Shown piece by piece: positions 47,214 through 55,459 of a stretch of DNA of 64,000 nucleotides. The stretch is from an uncultured Ignavibacteriales bacterium. GTDB lineage: Bacteria; Zixibacteria; MSB-5A5; GN15; FEB-12. Position numbers and translations under genes: made by a program. The notes below the pieces were generated by a model. It was not told the origin of the DNA. It saw only the letters and a list, made by a program, of their open reading frames with translations, and did not search any database. Every line of letters starts with the position of its first letter. Position 1 is the stretch's first letter. The DNA is taken from the NCBI GenBank assembly GCA_964627305.1, contig CAZVHP010000004.1, positions 207,971 through 271,970 of the forward strand. Direction: 5' to 3'.

Positions 47214-47840
47214 ATGCCCACCCCCGTCGACACCACCCAGGCCACCCGCCACCTGCGCAAGACCGACCCCGTCATGAAACGCCTCATCGCCAGTGTCGGC
47301 CCGTGCACCCTCGCCCCCTCCAAAACCACCAGCTTCCACGCCCTCTGCCGCGCTATCTGCTTCCAGCAACTCTCCGGCAAAGCCGCCAGCACCATCTTTA
47401 ACCGTGTCGCCGCTCTCGCCGGCCAGAAGATCCTCACTCCCGCGCGCATCCTCGAGCTGCCTCCGGCCGAACTGCGCGCCGCCGGGCTGTCGACCTCCAA
47501 GGTCGGCTTTGTCAAAGACCTCGCCGCCAAAACAGCCGACCGCACCCTGCATTTCCCCTCACTCGTCCGAAAGAGCGACGATGAAATCATCACTCACCTG
47601 ATCACCGTCAAAGGGATCGGAATCTGGTCAGCCCAGATGTACCTCATGTTCGTGCTCGCCCGACCCGATGTCTTCCCCATCGACGACAACGGCATCCGCC
47701 AGGCCCTCAGCCGCTTCTATAATGTGGCCCCCGCCGACATGGCCGCTCAGGCCCCCGCCATCGCCGAAAAATGGCGCCCCTACCGAACCGTCGGCAGTTG
47801 GTACCTCTGGGCCGCCCTGAACCAGCAGACACCGGGGTAA
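47214..47840 (+). CDS. DNA-3-methyladenine glycosylase II-like HhH-GPD protein
   Basis: ATG at 47214 (the track start at 47178 is TTG). HhH VKGIGIWSAQMYLMF and catalytic Asp context FPIDDNGIRQA. Confidence 0.8.
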   Translation: MPTPVDTTQATRHLRKTDPVMKRLIASVGPCTLAPSKTTSFHALCRAICFQQLSGKAASTIFNRVAALAGQKILTPARILELPPAELRAAGLSTSKVGFVKDLAAKTADRTLHFPSLVRKSDDEIITHLITVKGIGIWSAQMYLMFVLARPDVFPIDDNGIRQALSRFYNVAPADMAAQAPAIAEKWRPYRTVGSWYLWAALNQQTPG

Positions 47841-47990
47841 ACCCAACCAGCGGCATATCTCATTGCACGCAAACAACATAGAACTACCGTGCGCGGCAGG
47901 CGTCCCGCCTGCCCGATAACGACATAACACAATACCGACCGAATTCACAACCCACAAATCAATAATATTCACACACATTGCTTAAGTTTC

Positions 47991-48018
47991 TTGATATTTA
48001 TCTAAACTTTCTTAATAT
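47991..48018 (+). promoter_or_regulatory. Candidate sigma70 promoter embedded in a 12-nt direct repeat
   Basis: TTGATA-N16-TAATAT. TTTCTTGATATT (47987-47998) and TTTCTTAATATT (48008-48019) repeat with a 21-nt period in an AT-rich island upstream of the DUF2089 gene. Confidence 0.5.
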
Positions 48019-48056
48019 TACTGCGTACAATTGGCCAAACGAAAGGCTCTGCGACC

Positions 48057-48476
48057 ATGACCACAACCATACACGACTGGAACAAACTCACCCAAATCAC
48101 CGGCGGCGAATCCATTCTCATCGAACGTATCCGCCTTCAGGCCTCAGGCCTCACCATCAATGGCGCCTTCCGCCTCCCGCCGCTGGCCGAACTGACCTAC
48201 GAGGACCAGGTCTTCGTGGCCGCCTTTGTCAAATGCCACGGCTCCATCAAACAGATGGAGAAATACTTCGGGATCTCCTACCCGACCGTCAAGAACCGCC
48301 TCAACAAAATCGGCGAACAACTCGACTTTGTCGATGTCTCGGTCGACATCTCGACCGACACCTCCGAGCCGGAACCGCCTCGGCCAAAGCGCGCGGACAT
48401 TCTGGACCAACTCGAAAAGGGAGAGATCACCCCCGATCAGGCCATTGAACTACTCAAAACCAATAAAGGAGAATAG
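48057..48476 (+). CDS. DUF2089-like HTH protein with C-terminal SHOCT-like helix
   Basis: Core FVAAFVKCHGSIKQMEKYFGISYPTVKNRLNKIGEQL matches my recollection of DUF2089. The tail is ILDQLEKGEITPDQAIELLK. Confidence 0.7.
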   Translation: MTTTIHDWNKLTQITGGESILIERIRLQASGLTINGAFRLPPLAELTYEDQVFVAAFVKCHGSIKQMEKYFGISYPTVKNRLNKIGEQLDFVDVSVDISTDTSEPEPPRPKRADILDQLEKGEITPDQAIELLKTNKGE

Positions 48477-48478
48477 CC

Positions 48479-48898
48479 ATGTCTTCCGAAAAGCGAAGAA
48501 TCCTGAATCTGCTCGCCCAGGGCAAGATTTCCGCCGATGAGGCCGAGCGCCTCCTTGATGCGGTCAGCGAGCCAGCAACCCCGGACCAGCCCGAACAACC
48601 CGGCCGGGCCAACGGCAAGTGCCGCTTCTTCTGCGTGAAAGTCGATCCCAAGGACGGCCACAGCCACGGCCGCCACAAGGGCCAGATCAATATCAAAATC
48701 CCGCTGGCCCTGATGAAAGCCGGAATCAAGCTCGGCTCCGTGCTCCCGGGCGGCGCCAAAGATCGGATCGAGGGCCACCTCTCCGACCACGGCCTTGACC
48801 TCAAAAAGATGGATATCGACGAGCTGGTGCGGGTCCTGCAGGAAACCGGCATCGACATCGACAACGAACAAGAGTCAGTACGCATCTACTGCTGCTGA
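48479..48898 (+). CDS. SHOCT-like-domain protein (unknown function)
   Basis: AAGGAG RBS, 2 nt after the upstream stop. N-terminal ILNLLAQGKISADEAERLLD. CRFFC near the middle and a terminal YCC. Confidence 0.65.
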   Translation: MSSEKRRILNLLAQGKISADEAERLLDAVSEPATPDQPEQPGRANGKCRFFCVKVDPKDGHSHGRHKGQINIKIPLALMKAGIKLGSVLPGGAKDRIEGHLSDHGLDLKKMDIDELVRVLQETGIDIDNEQESVRIYCC

Positions 48899-48910
48899 CA
48901 AGGAGCCCCA

Positions 48911-49657
48911 ATGACAGACAAGAGCCAGTGGGAGAAATTCTTCGACGCCCATGCCACGAAGTACGACCGGGAGGTGTTCGCCCAGAACACGGAGGACGAA
49001 ATCACGTACCTGATCGACGTGCTCGCTCTGCCGGCCGGCGCATCGATCCTTGATATCGGCTGCGGCACCGGACGCCACACAGTCGGACTGGCAAAGGCCG
49101 GCTACCGCATGACCGGGGTTGACCTGTCCGCCGGCATGCTCGCCCAGGCACATCAACGCGCCCAAACAGCAGGCGTGGCCGTCGAATTCATCAAGGCCGA
49201 TGCCTCCCGATGGCGCGCCAGGACCCCCTTCGATGCCGCCATCTGCCTGTGCGAGGGCGCCCTGTGCCTGATGACCGAGCACGATGACCCGTGGGAGCGC
49301 GACGAACGACTGCTCGCGAACATCTACGCCTCGCTCAAACCGGGCGGGACGTTGATCATCAATGCCCTCAACGGGTACAAGATCATACGCGAATCGACTC
49401 CAGAGGACATTGCCTCAGGCAAGTTCGACCCCGTCACCATGATCGAGCGCGGCGACGCCGTCACCGATACGCCCAACGGTGCCACGCTGACCGGCGGCCT
49501 CGAACGATGGTACACACCGCCGGAGTTCGTCCGCATGCTCCGCCATGCCGGATTCGATATCCGCCATGTCTGGGGCGGCACCGCCGGCAACTGGCGACAA
49601 CAGCCACCCGACCTGAACGAATACGAAATCATGGTAATCGCAAACAGAAAGGATTAG
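48911..49657 (+). CDS. Class I SAM-dependent methyltransferase
   Basis: Motif I ILDIGCGTGRHTVGLA, post-I GVDLS, motif II-like AAICL. Substrate unknown. Confidence 0.85.
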   Translation: MTDKSQWEKFFDAHATKYDREVFAQNTEDEITYLIDVLALPAGASILDIGCGTGRHTVGLAKAGYRMTGVDLSAGMLAQAHQRAQTAGVAVEFIKADASRWRARTPFDAAICLCEGALCLMTEHDDPWERDERLLANIYASLKPGGTLIINALNGYKIIRESTPEDIASGKFDPVTMIERGDAVTDTPNGATLTGGLERWYTPPEFVRMLRHAGFDIRHVWGGTAGNWRQQPPDLNEYEIMVIANRKD

Positions 49658-49791
49658 GCGAAGGCTCCGGCCCTGCCGTCACCGAAAGCGACAGCAGCAG
49701 CCGACACAAGCTATTCCGTTGCGTTGCCAGTCGCAACCGCATACCTTGCACAAACAACAGCTTGCCTCAAGAAAACCGAGAGGAGAATCAC

Positions 49792-49974
49792 ATGGACTGC
49801 CACGACTACAAAAAAGGCGACGTTTTCGTATGTCCCGATTGCGGCCTCGAGCTGCAGATAATCACAGAGTGCAAAAACGCCACCAATGAGTCCGAAGACT
49901 GCGTCTGCCACGATGAATCCCAGCCGCATGCCTGCACCATCAGTTGCTGCGGCAGAGAATTGCAGCGCAAATAG
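49792..49974 (+). CDS. Desulforedoxin-like Fe(Cys)4 small protein with a Cys/His-rich insertion
   Basis: GAGAGGAG RBS 6 nt upstream. 60 aa: GDVFVCPDCGLELQII ... ISCCGRELQ parallels desulforedoxin GDVYKCELCGQVVKVL ... LVCCGEDMV. The insert carries 3 extra Cys plus His, and a fourth extra Cys lies at residue 3. Confidence 0.6.
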   Translation: MDCHDYKKGDVFVCPDCGLELQIITECKNATNESEDCVCHDESQPHACTISCCGRELQRK

Positions 49975-50175
49975 CAGATTGCAGGGGAATACGCGGATAC
50001 ACCCGGTCTCATTATCCCCTTGCTTTTTGCCCGGCTGTCTCGTTATTTCTTCAGAGCACAGCCGACCTTGACAAAAACAAGACGCAAGGCTGCGGCGGGT
50101 TTGCGCGTGATCAATGCTGGTGACAGGTGGCATGAAGACATCATGACTGTCAGCAGATAACAAGAGGATGTTCCG

Positions 50176-50511
50176 ATGAAGTTTAATGATGAACTGCAGG
50201 GCAATATAGTCACCTTCGAGGTGTCCGGGAAGATTATGGGCGGCGACGAGACGGCGCTGTTCCACGGCACGATTCACGAATACCTCGACAAGAACAAGAA
50301 GAACTTCATAATCGACCTGAGCAAGGTTGACTGGATGAACTCCGTCGGCCTCGGCATGCTGATCTCTGCCCTGACGACTGTCAAGAACGCCGGCGGGCGG
50401 CTGGTGCTGGCCAATATCGACAAGATCGAGTCCATCCTGACCATCACCCGGCTGATCACGGTCTTTGAGCACTACGACAACCGCGAAGAAGCCCTCAAGT
50501 CGTTCCAGTAA
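50176..50511 (+). CDS. STAS-domain anti-sigma-factor antagonist (SpoIIAA-like)
   Basis: 111 aa. DLSKVDWMNSVGLGMLI contains the conserved phosphorylatable Ser context. No partner kinase or phosphatase in the window. Confidence 0.85.
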   Translation: MKFNDELQGNIVTFEVSGKIMGGDETALFHGTIHEYLDKNKKNFIIDLSKVDWMNSVGLGMLISALTTVKNAGGRLVLANIDKIESILTITRLITVFEHYDNREEALKSFQ

Positions 50512-50538
50512 ACAAGCCTATTTCATCGCCGCAGTTGT

Positions 50539-50575
50539 AACCCCGCGCCACCAACAGCGCGGGGTTTCCTTTCCC
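50539..50575 (+). terminator. Rho-independent terminator after the STAS gene
   Basis: Perfect 10-bp stem AACCCCGCGC / GCGCGGGGTT, 8-nt loop, then TCCTTTCC. Confidence 0.7.
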
Positions 50576-50667
50576 CCTCCGACCAGAACCGCCCGCTCTC
50601 GCAGATGGCACCCGGCTGCCCGTGCCCCGGATGAAACCAATATCCCGGTTGCTCGTAAGAGTTGACC

Positions 50668-52944
50668 ATGCGAGCCATATTCCTGACCATAACCGCCTGC
50701 CTGCTGCTGCTCACGACGGCCATAGCTGAACAGCCCGTTCACGCCGAGGCCCAGCCCGGTGAGTTCCGGCCCGTGTTCAAGCCACACCTGACAGTGCAGC
50801 GAACCGACCATGCCATCCTCATCGATGGCGATCTGGCCGATCCCGGCTGGAGCTCCGCCGCCCGGGCAACCGGTTTCGTCGAGGTCAGACCCGGCGACAA
50901 TACCCCGCCGGCAAACCGATCAGAGGCCTGGATCACATATGACGACCACCACCTGTACGTCGCCCTCATCGCCTGGGACGACCCGTCCAGAATCCGTGTC
51001 AGCCTCACCGACCGCGACCAGATCTTCGACGATGACTACTTCGGCATCATGTTCGATACCTATGGCGACCTGGCCTGGGGATATGAACTCTTCGTCAACC
51101 CGCTCGGCATACAGGGCGACTTCCGAATGACCCGCGGCAACGAGGACATGAGTTTCGATATTGTCTGGAAATCCATGGGGCAGGTCACCGATTCCGGCTA
51201 CCAGGTCGAGATCGCGATCCCCTTCGCCAGCCTTCGCTTCCCGGACACGCAGAAGCAAACCTGGCGCGTGAACTTCTGGCGCGATGCACGGCGAGATGCA
51301 CGCTACAAGTATAGCTGGGCGGCTCAGGATCGCGACAACCCCTGCTTCGAGTGCCAATGGGGTACTATCGATGGCATCACGGGCATCTCACCCTCCAGTA
51401 ACCTGGAGATACTGCCCAACCTCATTACCTCTCACTTCGGCCAGCGCTCCGATATGAGCAACCCCGACAGCCGCTTCGAATTCGCCGACCCCGAGGCCGA
51501 GCTGTCGCTGAACCTGAAGTACGGGCTCTCCTCGAACGCCACCGTCGAGATGACCTTCAATCCCGATTTCAGTCAGGTGGAATCAGACGCCGGGCAGATC
51601 ACCGCCAACACCACCTTTGCCCTCTGGTTCAACGAACGTCGCCCCTTCTTCCAGGAAGGCAGCGAGCTGTATAACACCCGGATCAATGTCGTCTATACGC
51701 GCTCTGTCAACGCTCCCGCCATCGCCGCCAAGTTCAGCGGCCGCATGGGCCGCACCAGTATGGCCTACCTGACCGCCTGGGACGAGCAATCGCCGGTGCT
51801 CGTGCCACTGCCTGAGCGCAGCCGCGTCTTTGCCGGAGGCAAGAGCCTCGTCAATATCGGCCGCATCAAACAGACTATGGGCGAGTCCTCGCACATCGGG
51901 CTGCTGCTGACCGATCGACGCTTCGAGTCCGGGGACGCCGGCGGGAGTGTCGTCAGCGCCGATGCCCTCATTCGCCTGAACCAGAACTACCATCTGATGA
52001 TGCAGACCGTCGTCAGCCACACCCGGGAACTCAACGATACCAGCATCTCCTCCGGCGCCAACGACCTGCGCTTCGATCGCGGCCGCCGCACAGCCGCCTT
52101 CGATGGCGAGAGCTACTGGGGCCACGCCACCTATGTGTCCCTCGGGCGCGGTGGACGCTACTGGAACTTCGATATCGACTATACCGAACTGTCCGCCACC
52201 TTCCGCGCCGACAACGGGTTCATCATGCGCAACGATCAGCGTGTTGCCGAAGCCTCGACAGGACTAACATTCCGCCCCAACCAGAAGGCTCTGCTCACCT
52301 GGGAACCCTCGGTACGGATCGGCAGAATCTGGGAACACGACGGCCGGTTTCGCGATGAATGGCTCGTGCCGGCCATCTGGCTGGAACTCGCACGGCAGAC
52401 AAGCATCTTCGCCAACTATCTTACCAGCGAGGAAAACTTCAGCGGACGACTCATCAAGGGCATCAGCCGCTTCCACTTCGAAACCAACACCGCCTTCTCC
52501 GAGACAATTAGAGGCGGCTTTTTCTACGGCGAAGGCAGAACCCTCTACCGCGATTTCAACAACCCCAGACTCGGCTACACTCACGACTTCGGATGCTGGC
52601 TGACCGTCAAACCGTGGAAACGCCTGCTGATTCAACCCAATTTCCGACTGGCCAGAATGGACGAACGCGACTCCGGGGAAGAGATCTACAACGCCTTCAT
52701 CCTTCGCACGCGCCTCAACTACCAGTTCACCCGCAACCTCTTCGTGCGACTGATCATCCAGTACGACGATTTCGGCAAGAACTTCTCGGTGGAACCGCTG
52801 CTGACCTATCGCATCAACCCCTTCTCCCACTTCTATGTCGGGTCAACCCAGAACTATCATGCCGACTGGACAGACGACCAGATCCCCACCACCCGCCAGT
52901 CGCAACACTATTTCGCCAAATTCCAGTACCTGTTCCGCATCTGA
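50668..52944 (+). CDS. CBM9-like + DUF5916 outer-membrane protein
   Basis: ATG at 50668. Signal peptide. IDGDLADPGW...ITYDDHHLYVALIAWD...DDDYFGIMFDTYGD matches my recollection of the CBM9/DUF5916 N-terminus. Long beta-rich C-terminal region ending FAKFQYLFRI. Confidence 0.75.
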   Translation: MRAIFLTITACLLLLTTAIAEQPVHAEAQPGEFRPVFKPHLTVQRTDHAILIDGDLADPGWSSAARATGFVEVRPGDNTPPANRSEAWITYDDHHLYVALIAWDDPSRIRVSLTDRDQIFDDDYFGIMFDTYGDLAWGYELFVNPLGIQGDFRMTRGNEDMSFDIVWKSMGQVTDSGYQVEIAIPFASLRFPDTQKQTWRVNFWRDARRDARYKYSWAAQDRDNPCFECQWGTIDGITGISPSSNLEILPNLITSHFGQRSDMSNPDSRFEFADPEAELSLNLKYGLSSNATVEMTFNPDFSQVESDAGQITANTTFALWFNERRPFFQEGSELYNTRINVVYTRSVNAPAIAAKFSGRMGRTSMAYLTAWDEQSPVLVPLPERSRVFAGGKSLVNIGRIKQTMGESSHIGLLLTDRRFESGDAGGSVVSADALIRLNQNYHLMMQTVVSHTRELNDTSISSGANDLRFDRGRRTAAFDGESYWGHATYVSLGRGGRYWNFDIDYTELSATFRADNGFIMRNDQRVAEASTGLTFRPNQKALLTWEPSVRIGRIWEHDGRFRDEWLVPAIWLELARQTSIFANYLTSEENFSGRLIKGISRFHFETNTAFSETIRGGFFYGEGRTLYRDFNNPRLGYTHDFGCWLTVKPWKRLLIQPNFRLARMDERDSGEEIYNAFILRTRLNYQFTRNLFVRLIIQYDDFGKNFSVEPLLTYRINPFSHFYVGSTQNYHADWTDDQIPTTRQSQHYFAKFQYLFRI

Positions 52945-53030
52945 GCGCTTACCCCACCGCAAGCCACGCCGGCCACAATCGCCCCCCTTTGTCAGAATTC
53001 TGTTAGCACGACATTTTCCATTGACTAAGC

Positions 53031-53075
53031 GGAACCATATCCGTTATTTCGTCATTCTACGAAATATCGAAATCA
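53031..53075 (+). promoter_or_regulatory. Candidate ars promoter with overlapping inverted-repeat operator
   Basis: TTGACT-N17-TTATTT. Perfect IR ATTTCGT-N6-ACGAAAT (53056-53075) overlaps the -10, as expected for an ArsR/SmtB operator. Confidence 0.45.
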
Positions 53076-53115
53076 AAGAACATGTCTGCCGAAACCGCCC
53101 GGCACAGGAGGAGGA

Positions 53116-53760
53116 ATGAGACCTATGGCAAATGCGCAGCTCGCGTCCTATGTTACCGAAAGCATCGGCATCTTCGACACCATCCCTGCCGCTCGCAAAG
53201 AACGCCTGACACAGATCGCTCAGTATGTGGCGCAGTGCCACCGGCAGGGACAGCCCGCCAAACTGACTTTCATATGTACCCACAATTCGCGCCGCAGTCA
53301 CATGTCGCAGATCTGGGCACAGACGGCCGCGCTGTGGTATGGCGTACCACAGGTCCGGACGTATTCAGGCGGAACCGAAGCAACAGCATTCAATCCGCAA
53401 GCGGTCAAGACGCTGGCGCAGGCCGGCTTCGAAATCGAACAGATTACGGAGTCAGACAACCCTGTCTACCGCATCATAATCGCCGACGAGATACCCCCGC
53501 TGGAGGCCTTCTCCAAAGTATACAACCAGTCGCCCAACCCGACCGAGGGCTACTGCGCCGTGATGACCTGCTCCGAGGCCGACGAGGCCTGTCCGGTGGT
53601 GTTCGGGGCGGCCAAACGGGTTTCGATCCCCTACAAGGACCCGAAAGAGTACGACGGCACCGAGAGGGAAACCGAGGCATACGCCGAACGATGTCGACAG
53701 ATCAGCAGCGAGATGCTCTACGCGTTCTCGCTTCTGGCACAGCCGAAAGCAAGTGAGTAG
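53116..53760 (+). CDS. arsC: Arsenate reductase, LMW-PTP / thioredoxin-coupled type, with N-terminal extension
   Basis: P-loop CTHNSRRS (Cx5R) and the second and third Cys in MTCSEADEACP, equivalent to S. aureus LCSDADNNCP. About 45 extra N-terminal residues. Confidence 0.8.
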   Translation: MRPMANAQLASYVTESIGIFDTIPAARKERLTQIAQYVAQCHRQGQPAKLTFICTHNSRRSHMSQIWAQTAALWYGVPQVRTYSGGTEATAFNPQAVKTLAQAGFEIEQITESDNPVYRIIIADEIPPLEAFSKVYNQSPNPTEGYCAVMTCSEADEACPVVFGAAKRVSIPYKDPKEYDGTERETEAYAERCRQISSEMLYAFSLLAQPKASE

Positions 53761-53763
53761 AAC

Positions 53764-54186
53764 ATGGCCTCAGAAACGAGAATACGCAATGAGCTTGGAC
53801 GCGGCCGCCCCCGGTTTGACGACAGCGTGCGCGTCTTCAGCGCCCTTGGCGACAGCAACCGCCTGCGGATCGTATTGGCGCTGCGCCAGGGTGACTTGTG
53901 CGTCTGCCAGATCGTATCATTGCTCGAACTGGCCAATTCGACCGTCTCGCGTCACCTGCAGATTCTGCGCGAAACGGGCGTGATCGAATCATACAAGCAG
54001 GGACGGTGGGTGTATTACCGGATCGCGAGCGATCCTGAGGGCCGGATGCTGGTGCGGGCGTTGTTGCCCATGCTCAGCCTGGCCGAGGCAAGCGCCCGGG
54101 TCGCCGAGGATGAACGCCGACTGAAGCGAATCCGACGAATCGACCCGGAACAGCTGTGCCACACGCAACTGGATGACGTGAATTAG
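53764..54186 (+). CDS. arsR: ArsR/SmtB family repressor
   Basis: w[47 protein letters not shown] As(III)-binding motif retained. Confidence 0.9.
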   Translation: MASETRIRNELGRGRPRFDDSVRVFSALGDSNRLRIVLALRQGDLCVCQIVSLLELANSTVSRHLQILRETGVIESYKQGRWVYYRIASDPEGRMLVRALLPMLSLAEASARVAEDERRLKRIRRIDPEQLCHTQLDDVN

Positions 54187-54188
54187 CA

Positions 54189-55277
54189 ATGCGACAGAAT
54201 ATTGCCGTCATTCCGCAAGAGGCAACCTCAAAGCGGCTGAGTTTTCTGGATCGCTATCTGACCATCTGGATATTCACGGCTATGGCGATCGGCGTGGGTA
54301 TCGGGCACTTCTACCCGGGGATTGCCGGATTCTGGGATACGTTCTCGGTTGGCACCACCAATATGGCCATTGCGATCGGTCTTATTCTAATGATGTACCC
54401 ACCTCTGGCCAAGGTGCGCTATGAGGAAATGGGGAGGGTCTTTCGAGACTTCAAAATACTGGGCCTGAGCCTGATACAGAACTGGACCATTGGCCCGGTG
54501 CTGATGTTCGTGCTGGCGATTGCCTTTCTGCACGACTACCCCGAATACATGGTGGGACTGATCATGATCGGCCTGGCCCGATGTATCGCCATGGTGATCG
54601 TCTGGAACGACCTGGCCGATGGCGACCCCGAGTACGCGGCAGGATTGGTAGCTTTCAACTCCGTGTTTCAGGTAGTCTTCTACTCTGTCTTCGCCTGGAT
54701 ATTCGTGACCAAACTACCGCCGCTGTTCGGGCTTGAAGGTACGGTGGTGAACATCACGATTAAAGAAATTGCCGAGAGCGTCTTCATATACCTTGGTATA
54801 CCCTTCATAGCAGGCATCCTCACGCGGCTCGTGCTGATCCGGGCAAAGGGCAAGCAGTGGTATCACCGGGAATTCATACCGCGCATCAGTCCTATTACCC
54901 TGATCGCACTGCTGTTCACGATCCTGGTGATGTTCTCACTCAAGGGGGAACTGATCGTGAAAATCCCTCTGGATGTCGTCAGGATCGCAATACCGTTGCT
55001 GATCTACTTCGTGGTCATGTTCCTGGTGAGCTTCTTTCTCAGCCGCAAGGCCGGCGCAGACTACTCCCGCTCGGCAACCCTGAGCTTCACGGCCGCCTCC
55101 AACAACTTCGAGCTGGCCATTGCCGTTGCTGTAGGCGTGTTCGGCATTAACAGCGGTGTCGCCTTTGCTGCGGTCATCGGACCATTGGTCGAGGTGCCGG
55201 TGCTGATCGGGCTGGTGAACGTCTCCCTGTGGCTGCGACGGAAGTACTTCGCCAACGAGACTGTCCCGATCACCTGA
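54189..55277 (+). CDS. arsB: ACR3-family arsenite efflux permease
   Basis: 362 aa, 10 TM. N-terminal [13 protein letters not shown] and the conserved Cys context [10 protein letters not shown]. Confidence 0.93.
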   Translation: MRQNIAVIPQEATSKRLSFLDRYLTIWIFTAMAIGVGIGHFYPGIAGFWDTFSVGTTNMAIAIGLILMMYPPLAKVRYEEMGRVFRDFKILGLSLIQNWTIGPVLMFVLAIAFLHDYPEYMVGLIMIGLARCIAMVIVWNDLADGDPEYAAGLVAFNSVFQVVFYSVFAWIFVTKLPPLFGLEGTVVNITIKEIAESVFIYLGIPFIAGILTRLVLIRAKGKQWYHREFIPRISPITLIALLFTILVMFSLKGELIVKIPLDVVRIAIPLLIYFVVMFLVSFFLSRKAGADYSRSATLSFTAASNNFELAIAVAVGVFGINSGVAFAAVIGPLVEVPVLIGLVNVSLWLRRKYFANETVPIT

Positions 55278-55459
55278 CAATAGCTCCAGCGAAACATCTC
55301 CCATAGACAATGATTCCGACAGCCCCCCGGAGCAGCTCCCGGAGGGCTGTCGCGCTTCTGCACCCACAACGATTCTGTGCGATGCAACCTGTCTCTATCA
55401 TCTGCCGTAGATGGATACAACAGACCATGATAACACGGGGCCGAACTGCCGGAGGTAGT

